Below, piece by piece: positions 10,181-22,736 of a stretch of DNA of 64,000 bases (positions are counted from its first letter, which is position 1; each line of letters opens with the position of its first letter). The DNA lies in NCBI GenBank assembly GCA_964019335.1, contig OZ025671.1, positions 620,763 through 684,762 on the forward strand, given 5' to 3'. The position numbers were made by a program, and so were the translations under genes. A model generated the notes under the pieces. That model had not been told where the DNA came from. It did no database searches and saw nothing but the letters and a program-made list of their open reading frames with translations. This DNA comes from Diplonema japonicum. Its lineage: Eukaryota; Protista; Euglenozoa: Diplonemea.

Positions 10181-13100
10181 TCATTCCGGGCCACGCTTTT
10201 GATGCGCTTGCTTTCTTGCTTTCCTACCTCTTTCAGTTGATTGTATCTTCATGGCTGCCTTGTCCATGAACTGTTTCTCTTGTTCCTCAGCTGCTGCGAC
10301 TTCTGCCTTCCTCTGTGAGGCGCGATTCTTCTGAAGAGTATGAGATGCCTTTGTTGCCTCAGATTTTCTGAATGTCGTCTGGATGCGTGTCGCAGCCTCT
10401 GTTTGCGATTTTTTTGACTTCTGAGTGCTTCTCACTCGCCTGCCCCGTTCAGCTGATTGGATTCGCACTGCTGCTCTGTTCGTGAAGTCTTCTTCTTGTT
10501 TGATCGCCAGTTCAAGTTCCGCGGCATGCAAGGCTGAAGTTGTTTCAGCACGCACACCTGTGTCCGCCCTTGATTTGAAGCCTTTAAAAGTGCTTTGAAT
10601 GCGTAGTGCCGCTTCCTGCATTTCGCTATCATCGGGTATTGCCACGGGCGACTGCGTGTCGAATGAGACCTTGGGAGAGTTCATCTTGGCAGCCAGCACA
10701 CATCTCTTTTTCAATTGGTTCTGCGCATACCTCGCCCTTGCAGCTGATTGAATCCGTATGGCGGCCCTGTTCATGAACTGCCGCTCCATCCCAGCGGACT
10801 CCTTGTCCGACAGTACTTGGTGCCTCTGGTCCCTCTTGTGCGCACGCTCGGACTTCACCTTTCTCTTGGCTTGTCTCCTCCTCTCAGCCGACTGTATTTT
10901 TGTTGCTGCAAACTCCTTCTCCTTCTGCACCTCGCGCTTCCTTCGCGCTTCTTTTCTCGCTTGCCTTCCCCTCTCAGCCGACTGTACTGTTGTGGCTGCT
11001 TGGTTAATGAACTGCTGTTCCTGCTCCAGGATCTTGGACATTTCTTCTTTTTCTCCATGCACCTTTTTCACTTCGGCACGCGCTCTCGATTCTGGCCTTA
11101 CTTTCGACTGCCTGAAGGCAACCTGTATGCACACAGCAGCCTTCTGCTCTCTGGCTTCTTGCTCGGAGTCCTGTGCCGAGTGCCCCTCAAGACCCACCGC
11201 CTGAGAGGATATATTAAACGAGACGTGCTTGCTCTTGCGTCGCTGTTGTGCTTCACCCCTTGCCCGCCTACCTCGCTCAGCCGACTGCATTTTCGTTGCT
11301 GCCTTGTGCATGTTTACTCGTTTTCTCTGTACTTCCTGTTGCGCTTGCCTTCTCCTCTCTATCGACTGTATTTTCGTAGCTGCCTCATTCATAAACTGCT
11401 TCTCTTGTTCCTCAGCTGCCGCGATCTCTGCAGCTCTCTGCAACATGTCTTCGTTATGCAGCATCTGAGATTCTCGTGCTGCGCTTGATTTTCTAAATAC
11501 AGCTTGGATTTGTGTCGCTGCATGTTCACTTTCCTGAACTTCAGAAGGCTTTCTGAGGTGCTCTCCTTCTTGTTCTTCGTATCTTCTCTTAGAAAGCTCT
11601 CTGCGTGCCTTGTTCCTTGCTTGCTTACCTCTCTCAGCCGATTGTATCTTTACGGCTGCCTTATTCATGAACTGCTTCTCTTGCTCCTCAGCTGCCGCAA
11701 GTCCTGTTTCCTTTTGTGAGGTGCGATTCTTCTGAAGAGACTGGGACACTTGCACCGCACTGGTTCTTCTGAACGTTGTTTGGATGAGTGTCGCTGCCTT
11801 CTGCGCATTGGGGTTTTCTTCCAGAAGATGCAATTCTTGCTTTCTCTGTACTTCCTTTTGCGCTTGCCTTCTCCTCTCGATCGACTGTATTTTCGTAGCC
11901 GCCTCATTCATAAACCGATTTTCCTGCTCCTCAGCTTCTGCGATCTCTGCATCTCTCTGCAACATGCGGTTTTTATGTAGTATCTGAGATGCCTGTTCTG
12001 CATTAGACTTCCTGAATGCTGCTTGGATGCGTGTTGCTGCTTCACCTTCCTGCCTTTCAGACTTTTTCTTGGAATCTCTGCGTGCTTGCTTTCTTGCTTT
12101 CCTACCTCTTTCAGTTGATTGTATCTTCATGGCTGCCTTGTCCATGAACTGTTTCTCTTGTTCCTCAGCTGCTGCGACTTCTGCCTTCCTCTGTGAGGCG
12201 CGATTCTTCTGAAGAGTATGAGATGCCTTCGTTGCCTCAGATTTTCTGAATGTCGTCTGGATGCGTGTCGCAGCCTCTGTTTGCGATTCTCTTGCGACGC
12301 CCAACGCTTGGGGCCCCTGCGGTGGTCCTACAGACGAGTGTTCTGGTTGCTGTCGATCCTGAGTGTTCTCCTCTTCGCCACGGTGCGCGGGGTCCTGCAG
12401 CTTGGGTGAACAGGTCCTGCACTCAGAAGTTTTGAAACCCAGCGTCTTGAGGTCAAGAAGCTTCTTCAATTGTTTCCTACTTAAGTATAGTCTGAACCGT
12501 CGCTGGATCTTAATGACTGCAAAGAACATTTGCTTCTCGAAGGAAACGAGCGCTGCGAGGGCAGGTGTGCCGGCTTGTAGCACTCTATCGAGCCACATAA
12601 CACAGGAAGGTGTTGTGGTGTACGCCTGCAACATAGTCAGTAGCCCTTTCAAGGAGTGCCTGTAGATGCTGCAGTTGATGAGGACTCTCAAGCACACGGA
12701 TTTTGACTGGTACTCCATCTGCTTCCTAACTAAGTAGCCGCGCAACATTGCTTGAATTCTAATAGCTGCCTTCTGCTTTGCGAGACTGGCTCTGTTGCGG
12801 AAGGCGTGTTGGATCTTTCTTGAAGCCCCGTCCCGCTCATCGTGCGCTTCCTTGATGCTCTCTCTTGCAGACTTCTTTGAGTGCTTCACCTCAGAGCGTC
12901 GTCTTGTGCCGTATAGCTCTAAGCGTGCTGCCCTGCCCCGCCTCAAGGCTTGGATTTTAGTAGCTGCTTCAGATTTTTTAAGCTCCGTTTTTTTAGTCTT
13001 CGCCACCTCCCTGGCTTTCCTTCCTCGCTGCAGTGCTTGGATCCTGTTTGCCGCAGACCACTTGTCATCGTACACCTTTGTGCGGATAGCTGACACGACC

Positions 13101-14885
13101 GCCGATGCTACCTTAAACCGAGCGAAAGCTTGCACGGTGACACTGTTTTCCCATGTCTCAGCAGGTGTCTGGTGCTGCAGCTGTCTCTGCAGAGCTCTAG
13201 TGTGTGAAAGTGCTGGTTTCTGGTCCATTGTAGCCATCACGGTGTTTAGCTCTGCAGCTTGCGCCTTCATCTTCCTCAGGTCTTTTCGTTTCTTCCCATG
13301 CTTCGGTTTAGAAGTCCGTGTCACGAACTTGTCAATCGTGGAGCTCAGCAGGTCGTTGTATTCACGAAGATGAGCCGCCTATTGTTGTTGTTGCCAGCAA
13401 CGCATCATACCGAAGTGTGCTGCACATTGAGAGTGTCTTTCACCTTGTCGAAATCTTGCTTTTCTCGAAGTAAGCGGAGCAGTAGAGCGACCTGTTGGTG
13501 GTGGTACGGCAACCAATGACCAAGTAACATAAAAACGCTTGCGAAGTGAAAAGAAATTAGGGAAAAGGTATTGCCCATCTGAGCGGGAAATAATTCCGAG
13601 GACACAATGAAATTTTCAACAAAAGAGTGTACCTGAGTGCGCTCCTTTGGTGCAGTGCGTATCGATCTGGGTTTGATGGGAGGGTCAGTCGGGTGCACCT
13701 CTAGGGGTGGCTGCTTCGCGGGTTGTGGTGGGCAGTGCGAAGTCCATAAAGCCGTGTCAATGGTGAAGACGCTGACGTCAGCGTAGTACTGCCGTGCGGT
13801 ATGGTGGTCCTCGGACAGCAGTTGCGAGATGCACAATGGTGACATCCCGTTGCTGTGTGTGCCTTGCGCCTCCCCAAACATGAGCCACAAGGTTCGCCCA
13901 ATGACAGCAGTGACAGGGTGGAGCCGCTGCGAAGGCATGGTTTGGACAGAGTGCAGGTGGAACACAACAACATCAGCTTGATGCGAAGCGGGAAGAGCAG
14001 CGTAATAAACACCATGTTGCGCCACGCACCACAGGTGACGCGTCTGTTTCACACATCTCAGCAACAAGGGCTGCTTGGGAAACGTGCTCAACCCGCTTCT
14101 CGTGTCACGCACTTCGTAGTTAATAGTGCGCCAGATCCCTGAGTAGAGGTCGTACGAGAACAACTGACAATTGCCTGTCTCGTGGTCGCCCTTGTGATAG
14201 GTGTAGCCGCCATAGACATAAAGGACATCATCCAGCACGTCAACAGTGTGTCCTGTGACTTGCTTGTTTTGTTGCACTCCATACCATAAAGGAGCGGCCC
14301 TATGTTTGTTGCTTTTACTGCTTCCCACCGTTGGGTATCAAAGGTGAAGGAGTAGAGTGCTGCAGAGGTGGTGGTGGCCGTCTTCCCGCCATGAATGAGA
14401 AGCCTGGTCTTATACGCAGCGCATGCATGTGACGAGAGGCCTTCTGGCTGCACGCCGTGTTTGGTGTCAATAAGCAGTTTCCGCCATTCATGAGAGGAGC
14501 TCTTGAGGGGCAACACCCACATGTCATTCAGTGTTGCTCCTGTGCTACCGATCCCACCATGCACAAGCAGCATGCCGTCACGTATTGCTGTGATGTGGTG
14601 CATCCGCGGTGGGGGAAAGGTTTTCCCCCAGCAGACCACCTTGTACCACCTATTGTTGCTAACGTCCACGCAGCATAAATCCGATCGTAACTTGACCCCC
14701 GTAAACCTATCGGGTTGACTGCTACCACCAAACAAGTACAGACAGTTCTTGTACTTCACGCAGCCGCACCTGCTTCTGCAGCATGCATTTTTATTAGAAA
14801 GGATGTTCGCAAGTTCACCCAGCGGCTGGCCGCTTTTGGCGCATGTCATGTTGCTGCACTTCGTGAGTCGTGCATTGCTGATCAT
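10181..14885 (-). CDS. Kelch-repeat plus multi-IQ-motif (calmodulin-binding) protein, spliced from three ORF-track ORFs
   Basis: Kelch repeats (LYLFGG, LLVHGG, LLIHGG, LYVYGG, LWLMFG) followed by more than 20 IQ motifs (AATKIQSxxRGRxAR). Intron 14253-14284 restores 'GPLLYG|HTVDV'. Intron 13379-13410 joins '...QHTS|AAHLREYNDLLSSTIDKFVTRTSK' in frame to the IQ ORF. The start codon and further introns (e.g. 13492-13632) are uncertain. Confidence 0.75.
10206..12288. repeat. Near-identical ~200 bp intragenic direct repeat (10206-10409 and 12084-12288) within the IQ array
   Basis: 'SQTEAATRIQTTFRKSEATKASHTLQKNRASQRKAEVAAAEEQEKQFMDKAAMKIQSTERGRKARKQA' occurs twice with almost identical DNA. Confidence 0.9.
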
Positions 14886-15084
14886 GAAAACAGAAGAAGA
14901 AGAAAGCTACTCTTTAACTTTGATATGACTTCTTAAATGAGGCACAATAGCACCTGAAGGCGTTCGTACGCAAACAAACCACGGTCCTGACTCGTCTACT
15001 GCGGTGACCTGCAGTGCTTGCTACATTGCTGTGGACATACCAAGCCGACCTCGTCGTTCAGCAACCCACCCCACTGCCTGCCGT

Positions 15085-16860
15085 TCACAAGTCCCTTGCC
15101 TTCTTCTGACAGGACAACCTTGTTACCACATGCCACCTGTGACAATAGTTATCTTTGCTATGACATACCTGTGCGAACTCGATCATGACCCAGCGGTACA
15201 GGTTGTTGTAAGTCCCGTGATACGAAGCGTTGGCGTCCCAAGCAGCGTACACCATCTTCAACTTCTCTCTGATGGACCTGAAAGCGGCAAGGCGTGCAGA
15301 GCCCGTGCTTCCCGAGGCACCAAGGTTTTCTAAACTCAGCTGATTGAGTTTCTCCTGGTCAATGGTGTCAGGTGTTGGCAGTGGTGGCCCCATCGGATCT
15401 GCTGTACTTGTCGCACGAGGGGTAAGTACTGCCGAGAGTGGTTTTAGTTCCAGTTCCATTACATTGCCGACCCACCTGTTGCTAGGGAACGCCACCTCAC
15501 AAGCACCTGTTTGATTCAGTGAAACGATCCTCCCGACCTCGCCAGGTGCCGTCCCCTGCCATCCCTGCTGTGGTGTTACTAATTTGTGCACGGAAACGGC
15601 GGAGCCTACCCCAATTTGCTGGAGATCCTGCGGGATGCCTTTCCAGTTTGATTGTACAACAAATTGCACTGTGGCTGCATCCTGCAGGGAAGTAACCAGC
15701 CCGATATCTCCATAAGCAGCATTACCGAAGCCAAATGACGGTGTCACACTGTCTTGCAAAGCAACAGCATCTCCCACGCAAAGGAGCACTACGTGTAATT
15801 CTGTCAGATGCCCTGTCCACAGGGTGTTCCAACCATCCCATTTGACGAGGCAGCTGCCGTCAGGTTCAATATGCTTGATGACTCCGTAAATTTTGTAGTG
15901 CGGGTTCAGGTCGCCCCAGTCCGCGCTAGGCACTGCACCGTCCTTCACGATAACCTTCTGTCCGATCGGTATTGTCTGCAACTCAGTCCTCATTGCCCTC
16001 CACAGGTCACTAAACGCCGCGAACTTCACAGTGCACTCGTCACCGTCCACCCCGACTACGACACCCACGTCGTTAACTACTGCATCGCCTAGACCATACT
16101 TCGGCTGCGCACTCCTGAGGATGACCCAATCCTGAAGGCCCGGAAGATGGTACGCCGTGTCGGAGGGATCCGTCAGCGACCTCAGTTTTGTAGGGTACAG
16201 CGAAATTGGCAGCTTGGAATGGAACAATTTGCGCAGAAGCTGCGGTGGAGGCATCTTGCACACACAGCACAAATTCAATCCACACACAAAGCAGCACCAT
16301 CTCCACATCCCTGCAGTGGCGTGTCCACCCCGGCATTGGGGTGCACCACACCTCCATTTTTGAGCCAGGCACACAATGGCTGATGCTTGCACCTTGACAT
16401 TGACCGACCCGAAGGAGACATTTCCCCCAGAGGAAGAAGAGTACGAGTGCAGCACACCAATGGCACCTTTGTCGACACCATCAACCTTTCGAGTCGTCTG
16501 CACCATGTCTCCCATGCGCAGCTGTCGCTTCAAACACTTTGTTGAGAACGTCCCCGTCTTCGAGATGGGGGCGTCGAACCTAACCTCCACAACAGCACTT
16601 GCCTTCGATAGCGCATCACATTTGACAACAGTTCCTGTTCTCCGTGCAACGGTTGCCATCCAGTCACTCCACAACTCTGCAGCCTGTTGCACTTCGCGGC
16701 AAGTTGTCGGGTCCATCATGCCCACCACATCGCCTGTGCTGATACTGCTTGGCGCTGTCAGATCTGTCCATTCCATCTCATGGCCCGAATAGCACTTAGC
16801 AGGTTCCGCTTGTTGTAACCACGATAAGCAACTCGGCAGAACATCTTGTGCACTTGCCAT
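15085..16860 (-). CDS. Protein with repeated MIB/HERC2-like (SH3-fold) units and a Cys-rich motif; the C-terminus is probably spliced further (candidate introns 15137-15168, 15009-15040; possible stop at 14907)
   Basis: Repeats of 'P.YG.GD....DVGVV..VDGD.C.V.F....W....EL' and Cys cluster 'CGAPQC...WCCFVCGLNLCCVC'. The 3' exon frame could not be fully resolved. Confidence 0.65.
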   Translation of the reverse strand: MASAQDVLPSCLSWLQQAEPAKCYSGHEMEWTDLTAPSSISTGDVVGMMDPTTCREVQQAAELWSDWMATVARRTGTVVKCDALSKASAVVEVRFDAPISKTGTFSTKCLKRQLRMGDMVQTTRKVDGVDKGAIGVLHSYSSSSGGNVSFGSVNVKVQASAIVCLAQKWRCGAPQCRGGHATAGMWRWCCFVCGLNLCCVCKMPPPQLLRKLFHSKLPISLYPTKLRSLTDPSDTAYHLPGLQDWVILRSAQPKYGLGDAVVNDVGVVVGVDGDECTVKFAAFSDLWRAMRTELQTIPIGQKVIVKDGAVPSADWGDLNPHYKIYGVIKHIEPDGSCLVKWDGWNTLWTGHLTELHVVLLCVGDAVALQDSVTPSFGFGNAAYGDIGLVTSLQDAATVQFVVQSNWKGIPQDLQQIGVGSAVSVHKLVTPQQGWQGTAPGEVGRIVSLNQTGACEVAFPSNRWVGNVMELELKPLSAVLTPRATSTADPMGPPLPTPDTIDQEKLNQLSLENLGASGSTGSARLAAFRSIREKLKMVYAAWDANASYHGTYNNLYRWVMIEFAQVCHSKDNYCHRWHVVTRLSCQKKARDL

Positions 16861-16953
16861 TCAGATTACCGCATATTTGTTGTTTTGTGTTGCCTGTGTC
16901 ATTGTTGCGTGTGTAAAGACCGGTGCAATTAAGATCAGGTAAGTAGCTACTGA

Positions 16954-17634
16954 CTATTTCTTCAGCGAGTAGCCGATGAACACCCCAACAGCCAAGGCGG
17001 ATAGGCAAGGCATGAGCAGAGACGCGGGTTTGTGTTCAGATTTCTTTTTCAAAGTGTGGGTTTTAAGGTACTCCTTGCGACGCTTCATCAACTCGTTGCA
17101 AAGCGACTTCAGCCAAGGATGCTGCATCCTGCCATCAACGCTCCCATAGAAAGGGGTCAGGTCTACGCCCTGCACCCTCTCATAATCAAACGCCTGAAGA
17201 CCCATTTCCAGCCTGTCGATGTCCTTCACCCAATGGGACTCCTTGGTGGTACCATTCTCGTACTCATCCCAAAGCTCCAAGAGCTCTCCCTCCAGTGGTG
17301 TCCCCTTGAAGATCTCACTTATCTCCACCATGGCTTTTCTCTCCATTTCATATTTAGCCTCCTTCGTGATGCCTCGTTCACGCATTTGCTTCGGACTCAA
17401 GTCACCGATCACCGCCTCCGCCACGTCATGCATGATGGACACCTTGATCAGCCTGTTCACATCAAGTGTCTCATCCCTGCACAGCAAGCTAAGCATTCCC
17501 ATCCTGTACATGTGGTCAGCAACGCTCTCCACACGTTCCACACCGTTCTCGATCCAGCCCGTGCGCGGGGTGAGTTTCAGCTTAGCAACTACATCAAGAA
17601 AGTCAAGTGCTTGCGCTGCTGTGGGTTCCGTCAT
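16954..17634 (-). CDS. HDDC2: HD-domain 5'-deoxynucleotidase (HDDC2/YGK1 family)
   Basis: 'LKLTPRTGW...ESVADHMYRM...HDVAEAVIGDLSP...LWDEYE...VKDIDRLEM'. Confidence 0.92.
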   Translation of the reverse strand: MTEPTAAQALDFLDVVAKLKLTPRTGWIENGVERVESVADHMYRMGMLSLLCRDETLDVNRLIKVSIMHDVAEAVIGDLSPKQMRERGITKEAKYEMERKAMVEISEIFKGTPLEGELLELWDEYENGTTKESHWVKDIDRLEMGLQAFDYERVQGVDLTPFYGSVDGRMQHPWLKSLCNELMKRRKEYLKTHTLKKKSEHKPASLLMPCLSALAVGVFIGYSLKK

Positions 17635-17713
17635 TTTTAGTGAATCGCAGTTCTATTATTGGTTAAGGGTGAGTATCCAAGATGAAATTTAATGCAACAC
17701 CGTAAGGTATTGA

Positions 17714-19801
17714 CTACTGACACCAGAAGTCTAACTGCTCCTGCCCCGTGAAGCCTGCTTTGGTCATGACATGTTTGAATGACTTCCTTCTTTCGTGTCG
17801 CGGCGAGGGCGCCCGCGCTGTTTGAGGTCTTCGGAGCTTCGGCGGTATGGGGAACACGGCTTCAAGTTTCCATGCGCCCTTTTTCCACCGTCTCTTCCTT
17901 GGAGATCCAGCACCCTTCTTTAAATACACAAAACCTTGTGGGCTGTCTTGGACAAACCGGTCTGCTGGTTGCTGTTTTCCAGACGGGGAAGCAGGTTCGC
18001 TCTCGCGGTCAGAGTTGCCCGAGTTACTTGCCCGGCGCCCCTTGAAGAACTCCTCTTCGAGGTTGGTATTGTTGAACTTTTTGAAAGACCGCACTTTTGG
18101 TTTTCCTGCGCTCAGCGGTGCGACGGGATGCAACATGAGAAGCTCGGCCACTGTCTTGAGACCTATCTTCTTCTTGAGGTCTTCTCTGTTCCTCATCGCA
18201 GCCTCGGTGGCTCCCATCATCTTCAGCCATTTGGTGGACCTCCTCGGCCCTTTCGTATCACGAATGCGGGCCCAATCGATGCCACCTTGATACTTTGGGA
18301 GGCCGTGCGACAGGCGTTCCACGACAAAGTCTCGCGCCGTGCCTATCTCGAGCAGCGAGGCATTCGGCCTTTCGATCTTGAGGAACATCTCCTGCTGCAC
18401 TTCCCCATTGATGTTTGAGTTGTACTTTTGAGGGATCTCTTTTGCCGAGTACTTGTACATCAGTACCTCTACACCTTCGTAGCCTATGATGGCCAAGATG
18501 GGCTCAGGAATTACAAACTCGAATGGTTTGGGAGGCTGCTTGTCAGTACCGCGAGTTTGCATGAAGTTGTGCGAAGCGTTCTGCACCATCTCACCGAAGA
18601 AGTGCCAGTGGCTCCTGTACAGCACGTCTTCCATGAAGTTTTCGAGGACGACGAACTCTTCAGGCAACACTTTAGCAATCGCTGGAAGGCCCATCGATGC
18701 CTTTCTGTTGTCCGGTATTTGGTCCATGTCGTTGCCATCTTGAAGGTTGCTCTCGTCATCTTGGGAGATGACACTAGCGGTGGTGTGTTGCAGCGCATGT
18801 TTCTTCTGTTGCGACTTCTTGCTATTAGGAAGGTACAACATCCCCTTTGTGTCGATGGCAAGAATGTCAAGCGCCTTGTCGGTGATGTTCGTGAGATCTA
18901 TCTTCGGGAGCCCCAGGTCATCCACTTGACCTTTCCTTTCGTACCTGAAGATGATTGTGTCATCGTCCTTCCTCTTCACAACAGTGTCAAATTTGACACC
19001 CAAGTTCAAGGGGACCACGGAGGTGGACTCGTGTTCCTTCGTGCTACGGATGGAGGTGCAGTGAAGGAGGTGCAGATGGCCTTCCAAATCAAACTTCAAG
19101 AAGCACACCAGCCCTGTAATCTGCGCCTTTTGATGCTCCTCGACGTTTTTAACCAAAAGCTTGATCTCTTTTTCGACTTTGTGTCGGACGAACGGCGAGA
19201 CGGGTCCTACGGAAGACAGGGAAGGGGGGCCGTCAAACGTGCAACAGCGTTCGCACGGCGACACCCATGTGTGGGTCAGAAGGTGGATGTTGCGCCGTGA
19301 TGTGCACAGCATAGCATGGGGGGACCAGGTCGCCTGCAAGACGACATTGCAGGAGGGTTTCGGAGCAACGAAGCGCTGCAGGAGACCTGAGACTTCGTGT
19401 GCACGTGTTTGAAGGAACTTCTGCAAGCCTTCAACATCAAAGTACTCGAATCTCAAGATGCTATCACCCGTCTCAGGGTCCGTCCGCTGTGAAGCAAACT
19501 CAGCAACCACCGTCTGAGAGCTCTTTCTGGCAGACCATGCTGTATACAGCCTGCTCAGAATGATCTCCTTCCCCAGTTTCTTCTCCATCTCCATTACGTC
19601 ATCAGACCAACTGTACCACACCTTAGCGAAGCCCTGCTCCAGGATCACGGTTTCCGGTATTTTGAGGCCCCCGTCACCATGTTGTTGCGACTTCAGCCAA
19701 ACCAGATTATAGATCTCTGTAATGAGCCCATCGCCATCGACCTTCCCACGGATTACTTTCACGATGCGCTTTCCGCCATCACCTATTTGCTTCATTGCCA
19801 A
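17714..19801 (-). CDS. Conserved hypothetical protein (~693 aa)
   Basis: Long uninterrupted ORF with the same strand and codon style as its neighbours; no motif recognised with confidence. Confidence 0.75.
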   Translation of the reverse strand: MAMKQIGDGGKRIVKVIRGKVDGDGLITEIYNLVWLKSQQHGDGGLKIPETVILEQGFAKVWYSWSDDVMEMEKKLGKEIILSRLYTAWSARKSSQTVVAEFASQRTDPETGDSILRFEYFDVEGLQKFLQTRAHEVSGLLQRFVAPKPSCNVVLQATWSPHAMLCTSRRNIHLLTHTWVSPCERCCTFDGPPSLSSVGPVSPFVRHKVEKEIKLLVKNVEEHQKAQITGLVCFLKFDLEGHLHLLHCTSIRSTKEHESTSVVPLNLGVKFDTVVKRKDDDTIIFRYERKGQVDDLGLPKIDLTNITDKALDILAIDTKGMLYLPNSKKSQQKKHALQHTTASVISQDDESNLQDGNDMDQIPDNRKASMGLPAIAKVLPEEFVVLENFMEDVLYRSHWHFFGEMVQNASHNFMQTRGTDKQPPKPFEFVIPEPILAIIGYEGVEVLMYKYSAKEIPQKYNSNINGEVQQEMFLKIERPNASLLEIGTARDFVVERLSHGLPKYQGGIDWARIRDTKGPRRSTKWLKMMGATEAAMRNREDLKKKIGLKTVAELLMLHPVAPLSAGKPKVRSFKKFNNTNLEEEFFKGRRASNSGNSDRESEPASPSGKQQPADRFVQDSPQGFVYLKKGAGSPRKRRWKKGAWKLEAVFPIPPKLRRPQTARAPSPRHERRKSFKHVMTKAGFTGQEQLDFWCQ

Positions 19802-20335
19802 TCATATGGCATCATGTCCTGTTGAAGGCGTAGGCAGGATAAAATAATGACGACAACAATGAATAAAACATGGCTACTTTATCAGCAACAAAAGCTATGC
19901 AAGCAATAGCACGTGCAGCTAGGATAAAGCAAAAAGGCAGTACTTAAAAGATGGAAGTCTCCTGCTGTGCCACTACGTTTTAGGTCGATATATATAAAAT
20001 GAATCCCCTTTGTATAACGGAAAGCGGAACGTTTTGTTTTATTTGTACACTTGGAGGCACGTTTTGTCGGGTGGAGTAACCATCGCATAGAGAAGGAAGA
20101 GAAAAAGAAAGATATGATCTGCAACAAAAATGAGTTTGCAAGAAAACAGAAGTAATATCACAACTGGAATGAAGTGCTCTGTGTAGCCGTTCATCACGAA
20201 AATAATAAAAACAAAAAGACGGAAAAATCGGAAGCAAAATAACAAAAGGGGGAAACAAAAAAGGTCCTGAGTTCTTGGGTGCCAGCATCGTGTTTCTATA
20301 CACGGAAACTCACCAAGACGATGACTGTGGTCCCT

Positions 20336-22736
20336 TTAAAGCAGCAACTCAACAGCATCGACAACGTCCGGAACGTTGAGGAAGGTGAGATAAGTGCCCA
20401 GTGGGTTGTACGTGGGCTGGGCAGCCACGATCTGCCACTGGCCCGGAAGCATGTTGCGGTACCTCAAAGAGCCGATATGCGCACCAAAAGGGTGCTGGCC
20501 AAACTTGCAGATGTCTGCGAACACAACCTTATCGACACCCACCAGCGAGTCAAGCAGCCCGAGGGGCAAGCCACTCAGGTACGGGCAATCAATCACTTTA
20601 ACAACAACACCATGTTTCTCAGATATGATTTTCGCCGCCTGCTGAGACGTCACGACGCCATTGCCGTACGTAACTATCGCTACTGCAGCGTCGCGCGGTC
20701 CGTAGCAGGTGACTTCGTCAAAGGACGCCATCTCACCCTTTTCCGTGTAGGGCATCAGCCATGACTCATCTTTTTCATTTTCGTTAACATGCTTCAAGTT
20801 CAAGAGGTTTGTGCAGTCCACGCTCATCACAATACGGCCCGCCTTTGCCTGCTGGATGGCATGGCGCATGCCTCTTGCGTAGTCGGGCCCGTTCGAGTAG
20901 CAGACAACGTCAATGCCGGGGGGAATGTGCAGCATGTTGTGCGTGTGGAAGTTGCCCCCAAACACCCCTCTGTCGAACCCTTGCAGCCTGATCACCATAC
21001 CACAAGGCTGTTTGCCTGCCGACAGCCAGTTCATGATCGCTGCCTCGAAGTATTGATCCACACCACAGTCCAAGTACTTTGCATAAGGGATTTCCACAAT
21101 GGGCACAAGGCCCACCTGGCTGTAGCCAATCCCAAGTCCGATCAGGCACGACTCTTCAGGGGGGAAGTCCTTCACGCGGTGAGGGAATTTTTTTGCCAAG
21201 CCATCAGTGACAAGGTAGTACCCGCCGTGCTCCACGTCCTCGCCGACGTACACAAGGTTGGAGGTTTCCTCCAGGGACTCCTTCAAAACGGCGGTCATGT
21301 GTTTTCTCATGGGCACTTTGTCCTTGGGAAGGAAGTCGCTGTTGTTGGCATTAGGAGGGCCTCTTATGAGAGTATTCCTTTCGCGCGGGGGATCAGGACG
21401 CCACAAGGGCTGGGATGTTACAGCCTGCACCTTGCTACGCTCAGTCACCTTAGGCTCGTTCACTGCAATGTCGAATGCACGCTTCACCTGTTCCCACGTC
21501 TCGTTGTACATTCTATGCAACTCTTCGTAGGTCACAAGCCCGGCTTTCACAGCTTGTGCAGATGCAAAGGACAACGGGTCCACCTCGGCAACCTCTTGGA
21601 TCTCGTGCTGCGTCAGGTACGCCATCTGCCTGTCGGTGGCAGCGTGCCCGAACCTTCTCGGGAGGTTGCTGAACAAAAGGAACACAGGTTTGTGCTTCTT
21701 CCTGCTGTACTCCACAGCCCTCTGTGTTGCGGCCCATACGTCTAGCATGTCACGCCCATCTGCCTCGAACAGCTTCATCCTTAGCTTGTGGACGTACTCC
21801 TTCTGCAGCCAGTCAAATCCCTTCAGAGAGATCGCTACACCGTTGTCAGAAACCATGAACACCACAGGGCATTTGAACTTCCTGTGTGCAGCGTATTCCG
21901 CAACGTTGAGAGCCGCAAGGTACTGTGGTGTGGTGAATTAAGCAACGCTTGCATACCTGTGCGTGGTTCACAGAACCGTCACCAACGGACACAAAAGACA
22001 CGGAACCTGGTGCAAGAAGGCAAGGAAGCTCTAACTGAGAAGCAAGAGCATATCCCAAAGCACGGCCCACAGCTTGGGGGGCTTGCGAAGCAAGGGTTGA
22101 GGTGACCAGGAAGTCTCTTTCACCTCCGCCAATAGCACAATGATGGCCGCCCGTTACGGGGTCTAAGGCCGACACAGTGTGTCCCCTTGCACGGTCGAGG
22201 AGGACCGATTCTATTGGCTTCCCTGCTTTCAGTTGTCTTGCTACCTGGGCAGCTGTGTGACGGTAGTGCAGAGCCATGCTATCGCCTTCTTGAAGGATGG
22301 ATCCAATAGCGGAGGTCAACTCTTCACCACCAGGTCCGATGGTGTAGAAGCCTAGACCCATGGAGGATGCAACTCGCGACTCAACGTGCAGCAGTGACGT
22401 CGCGTAGCCGGCCCGCAGCACTAGCTTGGCTTCGTCAGCAGAGATAAGCCCATCGTTGAAGTCCCGGAAACCAGCAGGGATCTTGCATGTGCCTTCTGCA
22501 AGCTGCTTTCTGAAGTACTTCGCCATCTTTACCTCCGTCATGCCATCGAGGTCCTTTGCTTTGTCGGCACGGAGCTGCGGGAGGTCTATCTTCCCATGCT
22601 CTATGTCTAATTCCTCAGTACTGCCCGCTTCCCTTCCAAACCACTCATCTCGCGAGCGCAACTTAGTCGTAAACGCATCATGCTCTTTCAGAAACCCCCA
22701 CCCCCACGGTCTCAATGAGACAGCGGATTTTCTCAT
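20336..22736 (-). CDS. Fused 2-oxoacid (branched-chain-type) dehydrogenase E1 alpha+beta, 2 exons (intron 21923-21956)
   Basis: Removing a 34-nt GT-AG intron restores the ThDP-binding motif 'VGDGSVNHAQ|YLAALN...VSDNGVAIS'. Also 'RRFGHAATD' and beta-part motifs 'GEDVEHGGYYLVTDGL...VKDFPPEE...EIPYAKY'. Confidence 0.9.
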
